Part shown: piece after piece, positions 46,801 through 61,800 of the stretch
How positions within the stretch are numbered: the first letter of the stretch is position 1
How the letters are laid out: every line of letters begins with the position of its first letter
Origin: Phallusia mammillata
Lineage: Eukaryota
Direction of reading: 5' to 3'
Length of the DNA: 64,000 nucleotides
Assembly: GCA_965637545.1 (NCBI GenBank)
Contig: OZ281500.1
Location: 7,192,001 to 7,256,000 of the forward strand
Notes under the pieces: generated by a model
The model's input: the letters and a program-made list of their open reading frames with translations, nothing else
Told to the model about the DNA's origin: nothing
Database searches by the model: none
Made by a program: the position numbers and the translations under genes

Positions 46801-49800
46801 GCAACATCGTGTTTTTCGATTGTGGTCTATAAGTGTAAACCTTGTGAAGTTTTTTGGCGATATGTATTTTATGCCTGACAGTACCGCAGAGTTGTAAACG
46901 GGCCTGAAATTGGAGCCCGAAACCCGGCACGAACCCGAATCGTTTTTGAGAAGCCCGTTTAGGCCCAACAGTTTGTTGAGCGGCCTATACATTAAGGCAA
47001 GATAACAAAAACAATGATCAACATAACAAACACAATAGACAATAATAGGCAATTGGTCTTGAACAAGGCGTTTAAGGGCGTTTGACATTAGGTCAGAACC
47101 AGCAACTAGCTACTTTAAATTTATTCAAAAACTAATGACATAAAGTGGAAAGTCAGGTCAGAATCAAGCCCGAAAAGCCAGGCCCGACTTACAACTCTGC
47201 AGTACCGGGTTAAATTTACACAAAACACTTTTGTTTACGATTGGTAAATGTAGGATAACAGTTTGATTAGCGTAGTTTAAAACTTTGACTTTTGACACAT
47301 TTGCTTATGTGCTGCAAAGTTCAGAAATCTGTACTTAAGCAATATTTATTTGCTTTGAAAGAGAAATGAGCAATTTGGACCTTTTTTCGCTAGACCAATT
47401 TCTGGTTTCATCGGCAGTAAACCAGAATTATAAACGGTTACGGACCTAAACATTTTTCACGCCACCATTTCTGTTTACAGATGAAAAGTTCCCCAATGCA
47501 TCTCGTCGCTACTTTCCTCAGATTATTTGACAGTCTGCTTACTGAAATTGGTGAGTCTGGACAAGAAGGAAAGGATCAACTCAGCAACCAACAGGTGCCA
47601 AGTACTTACTATAATTCAATACTTTACTGTCCCCTCTCAAACTGTTATGTAGTATATATTACCAATTATTGCTCTACAGCAGTTTACTTTAAAGCAACCG
47701 ACATTCGACGTCCTATTGTTTTCATGTCGTTTAGGTTGAAATAAAAAGTGTAAAAATGGCGTTCCAACTATTTTAACTGTTTGAAAAGCATCAATATACC
47801 ACATTGTGTGGGTAATTTTTTCTCCATAGTCCAAGATTCGTTGATTGTCCTAATTAATTTTGTTTCAAATAGATATTTTTCTGGCTGCAAGGAATCTTCC
47901 TATTTTCGTTGGTTTGGTCGATAGGTGGCACCATCAGTGGGGACAGTCGGCCAAAATTCGATCAGTACCTTCGCACCCTGATCAGCGGAACTGATGCCGA
48001 AAATCCAAAACCCAAGACTTCCAAGTTGACCAAGAGCAACGTATTTCCTGAGCGAGGTGATTGTCAATAATCGAGGTCGATTTTTTATAGGCAGTTGTAT
48101 GTCTTAAAAATCAACAATAGTACATCTCCTTATATATTTTTGAATTGCAAGTATATATTGAATTGCAAGTGAACACCGTGGCACTTTTGTGTATTCCTTC
48201 GTTGGAAAGAAACGAACAAATTTACTCTGCTCGATTTCTGTTTATTTTTTACGGAATTTCTGTTTATTTTTAGGCTTGGTTTACGATTACTTCTTTCACA
48301 AACAATCCAGTGGCAACTGGTCAAATTGGGTTGACTACTTGGACAAATCAAAGATGACTATAGCTCCTGGATCTAAGGTACGTTGCACTTAATAATTGAA
48401 TTAACAGTACATTTGTTAAAACATTGTGGATAAAATGTGGATACATTGCAATTTATTTTGCATTGACAGATCAGTGAGATCATTGTGCAAACTATGAACA
48501 CTGCTCAGCAAAACTTCTTCCTTGACACGTTTGTTGCCAGCAATGTATCGGCCCTCTTTGTGGGACCCACAGGTAAGCGTATGTACAATAGTATGCTGTA
48601 TTTGAAATTTCACAAATTCCTGGCCATAGATTTTACCTTTTTGGCACTTTTTAAGCTTTTGAATTACAGTTTTTCGTGTATTTGTAACAAGTTGTTGTAT
48701 TTTTTTTTGCTTGGCAGTCTGAAAAATAAACTTGTAAATTGAGCTCATTGTGTTTAAAAGAACTTGAACTAAACTTTACCACCTTTTTTCAGGTACCGGT
48801 AAGTCAGCTATCACAAACGACTACCTGATGCATCTGCCTAAAGAGAGTTTCATGGCGAACACAATCAACTTCTCTGCACGTACTTCGGCCAACCAGACCC
48901 AAGACATCATCATGTCGAAACTTGACAGGCGGCGCAAAGGGCTGTTTGGACCTCCCGTTGGCAAGAAAGGAATTGTGTTTGTTGACGACCTGAATATGCC
49001 AGCAAAAGAGGTTTGTAATTACTATTAGCTGTATTGTAGGCTACATATAGCACTGTTGGAGATGTTAGTCCTTTGCTGCTGAAGAGATGCATTTGTGTTA
49101 TGGAACATTTCAAAGGCCATTTGTTTTCTTTTGTCTTATGATGGTGCTACTAACAAAATACGAATATCAAAGCATATCGGATGCTAATATTTTCAGCTTT
49201 GAACTATTTATTGTTGTGTTAAGGTCTACGGGGCACAACCGCCCATCGAGTTGCTGCGCACATGGCTCGATCACGGTTTCATGTATGACAAGAAAGACTC
49301 ATCACGAATTACCCTCACGGACGTTCTTTTCATCGCGTGAGTTGATTATCTTCACAAAAGCTTTCCATATAAAACTGCACCATATCCCCACGTAAACGAG
49401 ACTCCAAAGTACCTTTACTATTAAGCATTGATTTAAAACTCAGTTGGAAATAACAAATTCGCTGCAATTTGTGTTACAGTGCCATGGGTCCACCAGGGGG
49501 CGGTCGAAACACAATAACGGATCGTATGTCGCGCCACCTCAATATTATTTCAATCGACACTTTCTCGGACGAGACTACTACGAAGATTTTCACATCGATT
49601 AGTGACTGGCATTTCGGCAATGGATACGATGCATCAATCCTCCGACTAGGTTAGTGTCAAATTTGTAAATTAGCAGAGGTTGCCCAGACGTGGTTTTCGC
49701 AGTGTTGAAATATGAAGCATGTAATCTGCGATAGATTTTTTATTAAAGAAAATAGCCCTGCACGTTGGCTAACAAAGGTATAGCGCATGAATGATAAAAC

Positions 49801-52800
49801 TTATAAGTTGGTAACTATACTTTCGAGGCGAGCGTGGTTTTGCTGATTTATTGCGCGTTTGCCAAATTATATAATGATCAGTTTTCCGTTAGGCCTACCC
49901 TGGCGATAAACATTAAATTTAAAACCATCAAAATTTCGTCTTGCTTATATTCTGCCCGTATTTTTCAGGGAAAATTATGGTCCAAGCAACAATGGGTGTC
50001 TACAAAGGAGCAATGGAAAGTTTTCTTCCCACGCCTACCAAGTCACATTACGTGTTCAATCTTCGTGATTTTGCCCGAGTTATTCGCGGAGTTCTTCTTG
50101 TGCCTGCAACCAACCTTGCCGAATCAGACAAATTCATCCGTCTGTGGGTGCACGAAGTGTACAGGTAACCGGTGCTGCTCTGTGCTGTTTTGTAATATGT
50201 ACGATATATAGTGACTTTGATTTCACGAACTTTCTCGTTTGGATATCTGAACAAAATTAGTATATCCAGATATTTCATTTTTTTCAAAAACACTCGGCGA
50301 GTTAAAAGTATTTCGAACTCGATTGCACTCGAGGTTGTACCAACTCATTTTTTTCCTTTATAGAGTTTTTTACGACCGTTTGATAGACGACCAGGATCGC
50401 CAAACTTTTTTCCACATAGTGAAAGAATGTTGCTCGAACTACTTCAAACAGAATCTGGACAAAGTTCTGAGTCATCTTTTCAAGTCGAAAAGTCTACAGG
50501 TAAAAAGAAATCACGTGGTTTTACGTATTTATAATGTATCTTTTGCTGCTTTCTGTAAAAGTGATTTTATTCGTTCTGTTTTGCCAAATCATTTTGTCTG
50601 ATTTTAATTCCCAAAACACCATTCATTATGCTGTGCAACGTGTTAAAAAACGATGCTACGGCACAAGCATAGAACAAGTGGTTCATATTGGCTGTGTGTG
50701 TGTTTGATTAATAACACGTAGCCTAACTATACATAGCTGTATCAAAACGTGTGATCAAGACCAATTCTTCTTTATTTGGTGTCGGGCAAAATTTGTTACA
50801 ATGAGAAAATCCAACTATTTTACTAACCTCGGTAGGCTACGTTTATTGGCACAAAGAAACACAACCACTTCACTCGGTTTGATTTTTCAGGACGACGATG
50901 TGCGTAATTTGTTTTTCGGCGATTTTATCAATCCCGATGCGAATCCGCGTATTTACGACGAAATTCAAGACTTTTCGCAACTGACTCAAGTAATGGAACA
51001 TTACCTGGACGAATTTAACCAGGTAGGCTAAGCCACAAATTATTTTTTGCCTTTACGAAGTAATTTTGCTGTCAAGCGGTTGAACAAAAGTATAAGAAAA
51101 GCTGATGGATAAAGCAAATTGACTAGTAATCTTGTGTTTTACGGGCATATTTGTGTAGAAAAAAAGTCATAATCAGTAGTAACGGACAAAATTTATTAGA
51201 CTGCTTTGTATCTCTTTGATTAGGCTAATTGTATTTAACCCATTTGTAGATTTCCAAAGCCCCGATGTCACTCGTCATGTTCAAGTTCGCCATCGAACAT
51301 GTGTCACGTGTTTCGCGAGTACTCAAGCAAGACAATGGTCACGTGCTTCTCATCGGCATCGGAGGAAGTGGGAGAAAGAGCGCGACACGCATGGCTGCGT
51401 TCATGACCGACTACGACATTTATCAGATCGAACTGACCAGGTAGGAAAGTTTCGATTGGGTAACAAAAAGTAGCAGAACATAAAAACATACAGAGGCTAG
51501 AATAATGTTTTACCAAAAATAATTGGTTACTGAGTTTCAGAGTGGCGATTTTTCCGCCCAATTGGGGACTGGTTTCTGACATCGAGTTCGGTTATGACAT
51601 GTGATTCTTTGCCAGCAGATAAATGACGTCATAATTGGACTCGTTTTTAATTTTAAACACTTGGCGGTTACGGTTTTGCCCATGTTCTGGCCCGGCAAAA
51701 TTGTCGAGTACAACTCAATGTAGTAAAACAGTGCTACATTTCGTTAGCGTCAGGTCAGTTTTTTGAAAAAAAAATGATAGTCAAGAAGACCGAGTGGTCC
51801 CACAAGGTTTGTGGGCAATGCTCCAGTCCAGAGAAACCTGTTAACCTGAACATATCCCATTCATACGTTGTCCGTTCACCGTGGATAAAAATGAAACAAA
51901 CGACAAACAAACAACTATGCCATATCGGGTGAAAAAACAAATCTCCTTTAGCAACAGTTGACTGATTTAAGACTCACTGATTTGCTCTTCAAACAAACCT
52001 TTCTTTTTCTTTTCAGAACTTACGCATTCGCTGATTGGCGAGACGACATCAAGAACATGATGAAAAAGGCAGGAGCAGACGGGACGCAGACTGTTTTCCT
52101 CTTCAGTGATCAGCAGATCAAGGAGGAGGCGTTTGTGGAAGACATCAACATGATCCTCAACACAGCTGACATTCCCAATATCTTCCCAGCCGATGAAAAG
52201 GCCGAACTCATTGAAAAAATGCAGGTGATTAGCAGGAGTGGGCCAAAACTGCAAATGTTCTGTTTGGTCGAACATCGAGCATCTCAAGTTAATGTTCGGT
52301 CGTGACGTCATAAACATTCCCAATTCCACGCTAGTTCTGTAGCTTTCCGAGGCCCCTAACGTCACCAGCGTTTTTTTCACTATCTGGTGCAATTAAATAA
52401 AAACACTCTGTATTGTTCTTGGATACCCATTTGAACACTGGTTTCGTATGTTAGCAGGGCATGAATTATGTAACTTTAATGCTCGGCTCAGTTTGTGCAA
52501 CTGCTCGGTCGAGCATCAAAAACAGCGATGCTCGGTACCGAATAATCGGGTTCTGGCTCGTTTCGGCTAATCCCTAGTGATTAGATGACAATCTTAGACA
52601 AGCTGGAGTAAAGAGTTTAGTTAAATTTTCCATTTGATGGACGTTGTTGGATTAGCTCTACTGCGCTTAAATGCTTAATTTGAGTATCGCAAATTGAGAA
52701 AGAGAATGGAAACAATAGCATGCGGATCCATAGCTTGTAATTCGGCCGGGCTTCTCGGGCCAATTCGTAACCTGTAATTAAAATGTAAAAACCACATACT

Positions 52801-55800
52801 TGTGAAAAAAATCCACAGGCTGTCGCGCGTCAGGAAGGCAAGAAAATCGAGTCAACCCCGATGGCAATGTACAACTTCTTCATCGAACGAGTGAAAAGCA
52901 ATTTGCATGTGTGCCTCGCTATGAGTCCCATCGGTGATTCTCTTCGTAACCGACTCCGTATGTTTCCTTCACTAATTAACTGCTGCACCATCGATTGGTT
53001 CCAGGTGGGTTTGACTTTTGTGTTGAGAAGTTTATTGCACTTACATAATTTTGATTAGCTGAAACTACAATAGTTGTAATTGTAAATGCTCGGGAGTAGG
53101 GTTGGCCCGATATCTGATACCAGTATCCTATATTTTGGACCAAAGTAATGCGATCCGATACCTGATAATTTTGCAATAGAATCCATCATAGTTTACATCA
53201 TTATCACTGTAATACTTAAAATGAAAATAAGTTATTGCGTACACAAAAACTAAACTAGTTTAAATTAATATTTTACAGTAAATGTCCCAAATTACATTCT
53301 TTGAACACATATGGGTCTTAAGTACATTTAGTTATTTTACACATTGTGCTTGATGACAATCAGTTTGTTAACATTTTGTCAAGCAATTTCTTAAAGGAGA
53401 CAAAATATTTCCAGCAACAGAAAACAATTGCCCACAAGCAACAGTACTTGATGACAAGCTTACAAATCAATCAATCAGGATGCCGTGCTAAAATTTTAGC
53501 TTTGGTTTCAGCCAAGAGAGTTTCTTCCTCTCGCATCTTCAAAGCTCTAATGAGATTATAAGCATTTCTTCCCGTTGCCCTGAGCATCCAGGATAAGAAA
53601 TTTGTTCTCTGTCGTCCAGGAGATCGTTTGCCGTCAATTCGACCAGTTGAGCAGATTTCTTCGAGCTCTTCTTTCCGTAAAAGCTTACAAAACACTTTGC
53701 CAAATTAAACAATGCTGGAAAATTTAATTGATTTAGCATCCAAAATTTTCTTCAGCATCTGTAACGGGGGACCTTAGGTACATTTCAATTTCACTCTACC
53801 ATCCTTGGCCTCTGAGTGGTCAAATTTAAACTGCTTCACAAACCAGTGATGTTGCACTTTTGGACATTAGGGTTATCTTTCTGTTGAACGGGTTTCTCAT
53901 CAAGAAGACAGATGACCGATATTCATGTCACTCCTTGTTAATATTGCTTGATCCCTTCTGTTGATTGCTTGTTGAATTATTTTGCCTATTTCTTTTTTGG
54001 AATCATTACAAGGACGATCCTTAAATCTAAACAATAACAATTTCAGTTGCAAACTATTGTAAAAACACACTTTGAGTCCACAAAAGGTAATCATGGTAAG
54101 CTGCTTATCAGAGCTCATGATTCTACGTTCAATGTCCTGTTAACAAATACACATACTAAAACATAGGGTCAATTGTTGATCTTAGCTTCGATCACAAAGC
54201 AATCATACCTGATGTGCTGACCATTTAGAGTTGTTTTGAAACAGCCATCACTGTTGGTACAATTTCAGAGGCATATTCATCTTCCCTGCCTTGTTGACAT
54301 ATTGCAGTTTTAAATGGTCCAAAAGTTCCAATTGTTTTGAAAATTAGCATCCAATCACAAGCGATTAGCATCCAATCTTATGTCACAAGGCAGATCAAGT
54401 TCAGATGCATGCGGAACTAGTGAATATTTTGACACTGGAAGTACTGTAATAGTTTTTAGACTTGGTCACAACATTTACATGTTACAAAACCAACATACCT
54501 CTAACATCACCAGTGAATTCCAGCATGTGATATTATCAATAACCATTTTTATTGGAATAATTCCACTAGCCAATGAGGAATGGTGAAAGTGGCCATGTAT
54601 GTGTAATTTGGCCTACAAGACCTTTGTGAATCCACACCTTTTGAAACAAATATGTTTAATACATGTACTTAGCAACTGAAGCTTTCAATCCCAAAATTTT
54701 AAATAAAAAATAAATGTTATGAATGTACACGTATAAATGCAAGTCAAGGTTCTTCTACTTAGCAGCAGACACCATGTTACTGGCACCATCTCTCAGTATT
54801 GCACAAACTTTTCCTTCCTCTTTTAATAAAGAAAAAAATCTTTCAGGGCATTGGAAATGGCTTCTCTTGTATGACTGTCAGGAAAAGCTATAGCAGCAAT
54901 AACTTCATTTTGTTTTACAAATTCATCATCAACTAGTGTGATGCTACACCAAGAAAGCCTTCAGTCTGAAAATTGCATTGTCATATACCTAAATCTCTGT
55001 GCATACACTAAAGATTCTTACGGAGATTTGATGTGGTCCATGATAGTGAGCTACTATCACTAGGGTCACATTAGCACCACAATGGTTACACATACACTTA
55101 GACAAATCACTTTCACACATGGCAAAAATGACTCAGTCTACACTTTACATTATTACACACTGTATATTAAGCCATACTTAATAGTTTATCTGTACCAGCC
55201 AAAAATATATTTTTTTAGATTTGTAACAGGGAAAAAAGCGATTAGTCGCACACATAAACATGGCTGACATTTCCTTTACTGTTACTCAAATACATTCACA
55301 AAAAAGCTGTATCAAATTTCCTCCGTTCTTACCTCGTCGCTCGTAAAAAAACATGCCCGGGCAAAACAAGAAAAACGTGATCTAGTGTAAAATCGCTACA
55401 GCGAATTAGGTGTTGTTTTTTTATAACGTGCACACATACTCGTTTGTTTCCGTATCTAACATGTTTTGCTACTTCTTTAATAAGCTTTCAAAAGTATCGG
55501 TAATTGTTTCGATACCATCAAAGTATCGTACGAGTACCGAAACCGCTCGTGGCATCGGGTATCGGTGCCGAAACAGTATTATCGGGCCAATCCTACTCAA
55601 AAGCATGTCACTGCTGCTATGTCGCCACGCAGATTGTATTTTCTAACATGTAGTTTTCTTCATAGGCTTGGCCAGAGGACGCATTGGAGATGGTGGCAAA
55701 CAAGTTCCTGGAGGATGTGGACGTCGAGGACGATACGAGACTGAGATGCGTTAAGATGTGCAAGATGTTCCATGAGAGGTACGCAGTCTGCTAAGAGATA

Positions 55801-58800
55801 ATTTTTTTACGAAGAGATTTGTACATAAACATTTTCTCTACTTCACTTTCGTTTATAGCGTTCGCGATTTGTCTGAGAGCTTCTGGGGCACACTGCGACG
55901 CCGCAACTACGTCACACCAACGTCATACCTCGAGTTGATTATGACGTTTAAGTCTCTGCTCGGTGTGAAACGTGATGAGGTTAAGACGTTACAGGATCGG
56001 TATTTGAATGGACTTGAAAAACTGAGCTTCGCGAGCTCACAGGTAATAAAAAGTTGATGCACCTTTGCAAAGATGTTATGGTTTTTGGCCCTTTGAAACT
56101 TGATCAATTTTTTTGTAGGTGACCGTCATGCAAGCTGAACTGACCAGTCTTCAACCGGAATTAATCAAAACTTCAGAAGAAACCGATAAAATTATGGTGA
56201 AAATTGAGCACGATTCTGTGGAGGTTGAAGCAAAGAAAGAGGTTTGTGTTCGGTTTACGTCGCCCCTGGATGTGTCGCATTTTTACCGGTGCTTCATGTT
56301 TTATAAGTTAAACATACCTTTTTAGTTTGAGACGCTTGTTTGTAAAAGAGTACTTTTATTAAATTTTATATAAAACTGTGTAATACGTTCATTAACTAGA
56401 CAAGTAAAAACCCGTGTACTTATCGTCAAACAACAAAAAACCTTTAGATCTCGCAAGCCTAGATTCTCTTAAAATGTAAAAATATTTCATTGTTTTGCCT
56501 TGCCTGCTATTTCTCAAATCATTTAATGAATTTTTTGACGACCGAAAAACCGTTTAGATAGCAAAACAGCCCACTGTATATCTTAGGTTGTAGCTGCAGA
56601 TGAAAAAGTTGCAAACGAGGCGGCCTCAGTTGCTCAAGCGATCAAGGACGAATGTTCGGCTGATCTCGCTGAAGCTATGCCGGCTCTGGAGTCTGCTATT
56701 GCCGCTCTTAACACTCTCAAGCCACAAGATATTACTGTGGTGAAATCCATGCAAAACCCGCCAAGCGCTGTCAAGGTTGTACTTGAATCGGTGTGTGTGA
56801 TGAAAAATATCAAACCGGAACGAAAACCGGATCCGTCTGGTTCCGGTAAGCTTTCAAAATATTATCTTTTCGGAATTGTGTGGTCACTGAATTGGTACAA
56901 TTGTTTTTGCAATGGAAATCAGGTATTAAAGTTTGTGATTAGCAAATTAAGATTACTGAAAGCAAAACAGAAGGAACACTTTTTTAAATCTGTTACAATG
57001 AATAATACAACCTTATTTTGTTCATTTTTTAACGATTTATTGAAGAAGTACAGAAAGCGTTTTAATCTCTGGAATTCGACGGAGCTGGGTTTCAATTGTA
57101 GCGCTCGAAAAAAAACTATATTCGTAAATAATAAAAAACACCGCTATTTTGTGTAATTTACAAATAAAACACGATTCAAATTGTATTATATGTTGCTGAC
57201 AGGCAAAATGATTGAGGATTATTGGGGTCCGAGCAAAAAGATGATGAACGACATGAGATTTCTCGATTCTCTCAAAGCTTATGACAAGGACAATATATCG
57301 GGACCGGTTATAAAGAAGATTCGAGACAAATACATTCCAAATCCCGAGTTTAACCCGGCAACCATCAAGAATGTATCATCAGCTTGCGAAGGTATGCTTA
57401 CGTATCTGTGCGTTTTTACTCAATTCAAGTCAGATCAAGAATTGCAACTCAACTGCCCCAACTGATAAGTCCTACCTGGTTTTGGGCGAAACTTATGCCA
57501 TGGTCATTCTTTTGGGATCGTTAACCTTGCTAGTTTCGGAAATATGCTATCCTAGTCAAGAAAAGTACGCCTATCTCTTGGTTTACTCATTTAAACAGGG
57601 TTTAGGTGGTACGCGACGATAGAAGAAGTTGGCAGGTGGTGCGCGATTTGTATAAGACTGAGAATTACTGACCTAAAGAGTAACCTAACAGCTGGTGGTA
57701 AATGCTAGACTGGTCGCAATACAATTCGCATTTTACCTTTTTACCACTTGTTCAGGTCAAGTCGAATCCTAGCCTTGTATGAAGGATATTGCATGCCTGA
57801 AAAATTGCACGAACACATTTTTGAAACATGTGTTTCACGTAGGTCTGTGTAAGTGGGTCCGTGCGATGGAAATGTATGAGCGGGTGGCGAAGGTCGTCGC
57901 TCCAAAGAAGATCAAACTCGCTGCAGCTGAATCAGAACTGGCAGTCCAGATGAAGAAACTGAACGCTAAGAGGGCCGAACTAAAAGAGGTCAGTCAAAGT
58001 TGTGTCCACACATGCAAATCGATTCTTTTGGATATGGACAATTCCTGGTTCAGATTTATATATTTGGTTTTTGTTTCTGTATTTGGTGTGATATACATTG
58101 ATCTATATACATAATACATTAACCCCAAACGGGGTTATTTGACGTTTGGCAATTTTTGGTTTGGTGACGTCATCTTTTTCTGACGTCATAGTTGGTAAAT
58201 CTTGTAATGCAAATGAAAGTCACTGGTTGTTTCCTGGGGCAACAATAATAAAACGTTAAGAATCACGGATCTAACTGAATTCCGAATCCATTTCCTGCTG
58301 TAGGTGCTGGACAAAGTTGAAGCATTGCAAGCGGAGTTCGACAAGATGAACAAAAAGAAGATCGAATTGGAAACAAACATCGACATTTGCTCGAAGAAAC
58401 TTGACCGCGCTGAGAAGCTGATCAGTGGACTTGGGGGAGAGAAGGACAGGTCCGGGTTTAGATGAAGCAGTAAATACTTTAAACAGCGACAATAATTTAA
58501 CATGTGTTTGTGTTGATTGCAGATGGACGTTAGCTGCAGAAAGATTGGGAATACAATTGGTTAACTTGACTGGAGATGTCCTACTTTCATCAGGTATGTT
58601 GAAAGCTTTTTCAGCAGCATTTAGAACTAGGATTATTGTGTTGCACCAGCTTTATATTATTTAAGCATAAAAATATATCAAAAATTAATAATGATATTGG
58701 GCGGGAACTTGGCCGAATGGCCTGGCGCGCCTGACCCATATACAAAACCTGATCGGGTTTCGTCCCCGGGAGTATCCTGGCTTCGAATCCCGTGAACGAC

Positions 58801-61800
58801 AAAGGGCAATTTTCAGTTCTCGGACTGCCGCCTGAGTGTCAAAAAATACAATAAAACAAAAAAATTAATAATATATCAAAAATTAATAAAAATATATCAA
58901 ATTAGTTCTTTATACTGGTATTTTTTTGTCAAAAATTGGCGTAAAAATCGCAAATGTCTTTACTGGTTGCAACTCATTAGCGAGCAAACGCTGCCATAGA
59001 AAATTGCCCTTTCTTCTAATTTAAAATAGTTTCAGTAAAAACGAATGTATTTCGTAAAAAAATCGTTAAGAATTCATCCGAATTTGAACTACTTTCAAAT
59101 CTCTTGTCAAGGCATTGTTGGACTCACTGCTAACATTTATCTTTAAAACACAGGAACGGTAGCCTACCTTGGTCCGTTTACTGTCGACTTCCGTAACGAT
59201 TGTGTTACAAAGTGGCAGGACGCCTTCAAGGTTGAAGAAATTCCTTGCTCCCAGAACTTCCAGCTTGCCAATACACTCGGCGATCCAGTGCAAATTCGTG
59301 ATTGGACAATTGCCGGCTTGCCCGTCGATTCATTTTCAATTGACAACGGTGTGTACTAATTGCTTACATGTCATTTTTCATACAATGGGTTGGGGCACAA
59401 ATAGTTTTCAAAAGCCTTTAATTCAAATCCAGTGCAAATTCGTGATTGGACAATTGCCGGCTTGCCCGTCGATTCATTTTCAATTGACAACGGTGTGTAC
59501 TAATTGCTTACATGTCATTTTTCATACAATGGGTTGGGGCACAAATAGTTTTCAAAAGCCTTTAATTCAAATTTTTATGTATGGGTAGTAGCAGCAGAAA
59601 TTAGTAATGTTGTATTATAATCTTGTCACATATTAATGTAGTAGTGGATACCAATGTGTATTATATAAATTCTTTCTTATCCTGATCTGTAGTAACTATA
59701 TCCCATACAGTAGTGGTATATACATGTTGTAAACAGTGCTGCAATAAAGAAGAGTTTATGCCAACGCCTTTTGCGAAGACCACCTTCTACTGACAAAATA
59801 TATGTTGTCCATTAGGGTAGCTATAGCTCTATTAAATTTGGGGGGATATTTTCCTGTTGCGAACGTATTAAACCAGAAACATTTAGTTTTCTTCTTCGCC
59901 TTGTTTCGCAATGAATATAATTTTCATTGCTTTTGTTCATCAGGAATTGTTGTCAACAATTCGCGACGTTGGCCACTGATGATCGATCCACAAGGTCAAG
60001 CAAACAAGTGGATTAAGAACATGGAGAAAGAAAACAAACTGGCTGTCCTGAAACTTTCCGATCCAACCTACATTCGATCTTTGGAGAATTCCATCCAATT
60101 TGGCTACCCCGTCCTCTTGGAGAACTTAGGTAAGTAAAAGCATATTTAAGTTTGCATGTAAAGTATGGCGGCCGCAGTGTTAAGAAATGATCTGTAGACT
60201 AAATAAAAGTCGGAATGTTGATAAATCATGTCCACAAAAAAGACAAAGCGTTTGTTAAATCATCAAGTTTTATTTAAATATGTTAGTTGTATTGCCTGTT
60301 TATTGTTTTCAGAGCCGTGGAAAGTGTGCCTAAGTAAACATTTGTTTATGGTTAATTTACAGAGACGGTAAAAAATTACCTTATGAAGACTTAATGTTAT
60401 TCTTTCTGGTTGTAGGTGAGGAATTGGATGCTATCCTGGAGACGGTTCTTCTTAAGCAGACCTACAAACAGCAAGGAGTCGAATATATCAAGCTCGGTGA
60501 CAACATCATTGAGTACTCGCGTGACTTCCGCTTCTATATGACAACCAGTCTCAGAAATCCCCACTATCTTCCTGAGATATCGGTCAAGGTAATTGCTACC
60601 CAAATGTATTTTTTATTGGTATATAATGCCATACGAATAGGCTAAATATCTTTCTATTGTGTGTCCTTTAAATTCTGAGTACAAAAACAATGGTGGATCA
60701 AATTTGTTTGGCGTACTGGTTGTTACAACAGATGATAAGATATTTTATCCAATTTGTGCACAGCCAAAGCCTACATTTTTAGAACGATTTTGTTATAGTT
60801 GCTTACACATATACTGGTGTGGTTTAAAGGTTTGTCGTTTTTTCCTCACAGGTCTGTCTGGTGAACTTTATGATCACTCCCTTGGGATTACAAGATCAGC
60901 TTCTCGGTATCGTCGCAGCCAAAGAAAAACCTGAGCTTGAGCAGAAGAAGAACGAACTGATCTTAGAGGGAGCAGAAAACAAAAGGCAGTTGAAAACCAT
61001 CGAGGATAAAATCCTGAAGGTATTTTTTCCAATCCCACAACTTGACACGTTTTACTTGTGTTAAAGGACAAATAAGTGAATATGGCCTGACCAATGGATT
61101 TAGTTTTGATATTTATTGGCGACAAATGATTTAGGTACTATCCTCGTCAGAAGGCAACATCCTAGAAGATGAAACAGCAATTCAGATCCTCTCATCGTCC
61201 AAGACTCTTTCAGAGGAAATCTCTGCCAAACAGGAAATTGCTTCGGAGGTTAGTAGGGACGAATGTATAAAAATTACCACTTCACAGAATTTTAAATTGT
61301 ACAATCAAACCTTTGCAACTTTGTCTTTGTTTTGCTTTAGACTGAACGTCAGATCGATGAGACAAGGAACGGATACAAACCGGTGTCAGTCCACTCAGCT
61401 GTTTTGTTCTTCTGCATTTGTGATTTGGCAAACATCGAACCGATGTATCAGTACTCACTTGCTTGGTTTATCAATCTCTACCTGATGGTTGGTTTGTTAC
61501 ATACTTTGTTCACCAAGTGGTATGTCATGTAATAACATACAATAACCTATTAAGCAGATATAGGCGGGCAATCACAACAGGCGGACAATTACAGCTCGCT
61601 TCTTTCATGTTACTTAAGTCCTACCTTCGAATTGTATAAGTTTGATACAAAATTAGTAAACGGATGTTGCTCTTAACGAACCTATTCTAAACACCATAAA
61701 ATTTCAAACAGTTAGAGGCAAACTAGGCCAAAGAGGTTTGTAGATAAGGAAAGTATTTTCTATCATTTTTTTACAAATCAATTGGCATAATCTAAAATCA

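Noticed and set aside
58208-58225. X-box-like GTTTCCTGGGGCAAC in a DNAH3 intron
   Set aside because: Isolated, with non-standard spacing, deep inside the gene; likely chance.
58698-58800. Possible functional tRNA gene
   Set aside because: No convincing acceptor stem; an A-rich tail and long TSD indicate a SINE.
59169-59588. 139-aa ORF with an internal repeat
   Set aside because: Off-frame by-product of the 144-bp duplication; the true frame is the dynein exon.
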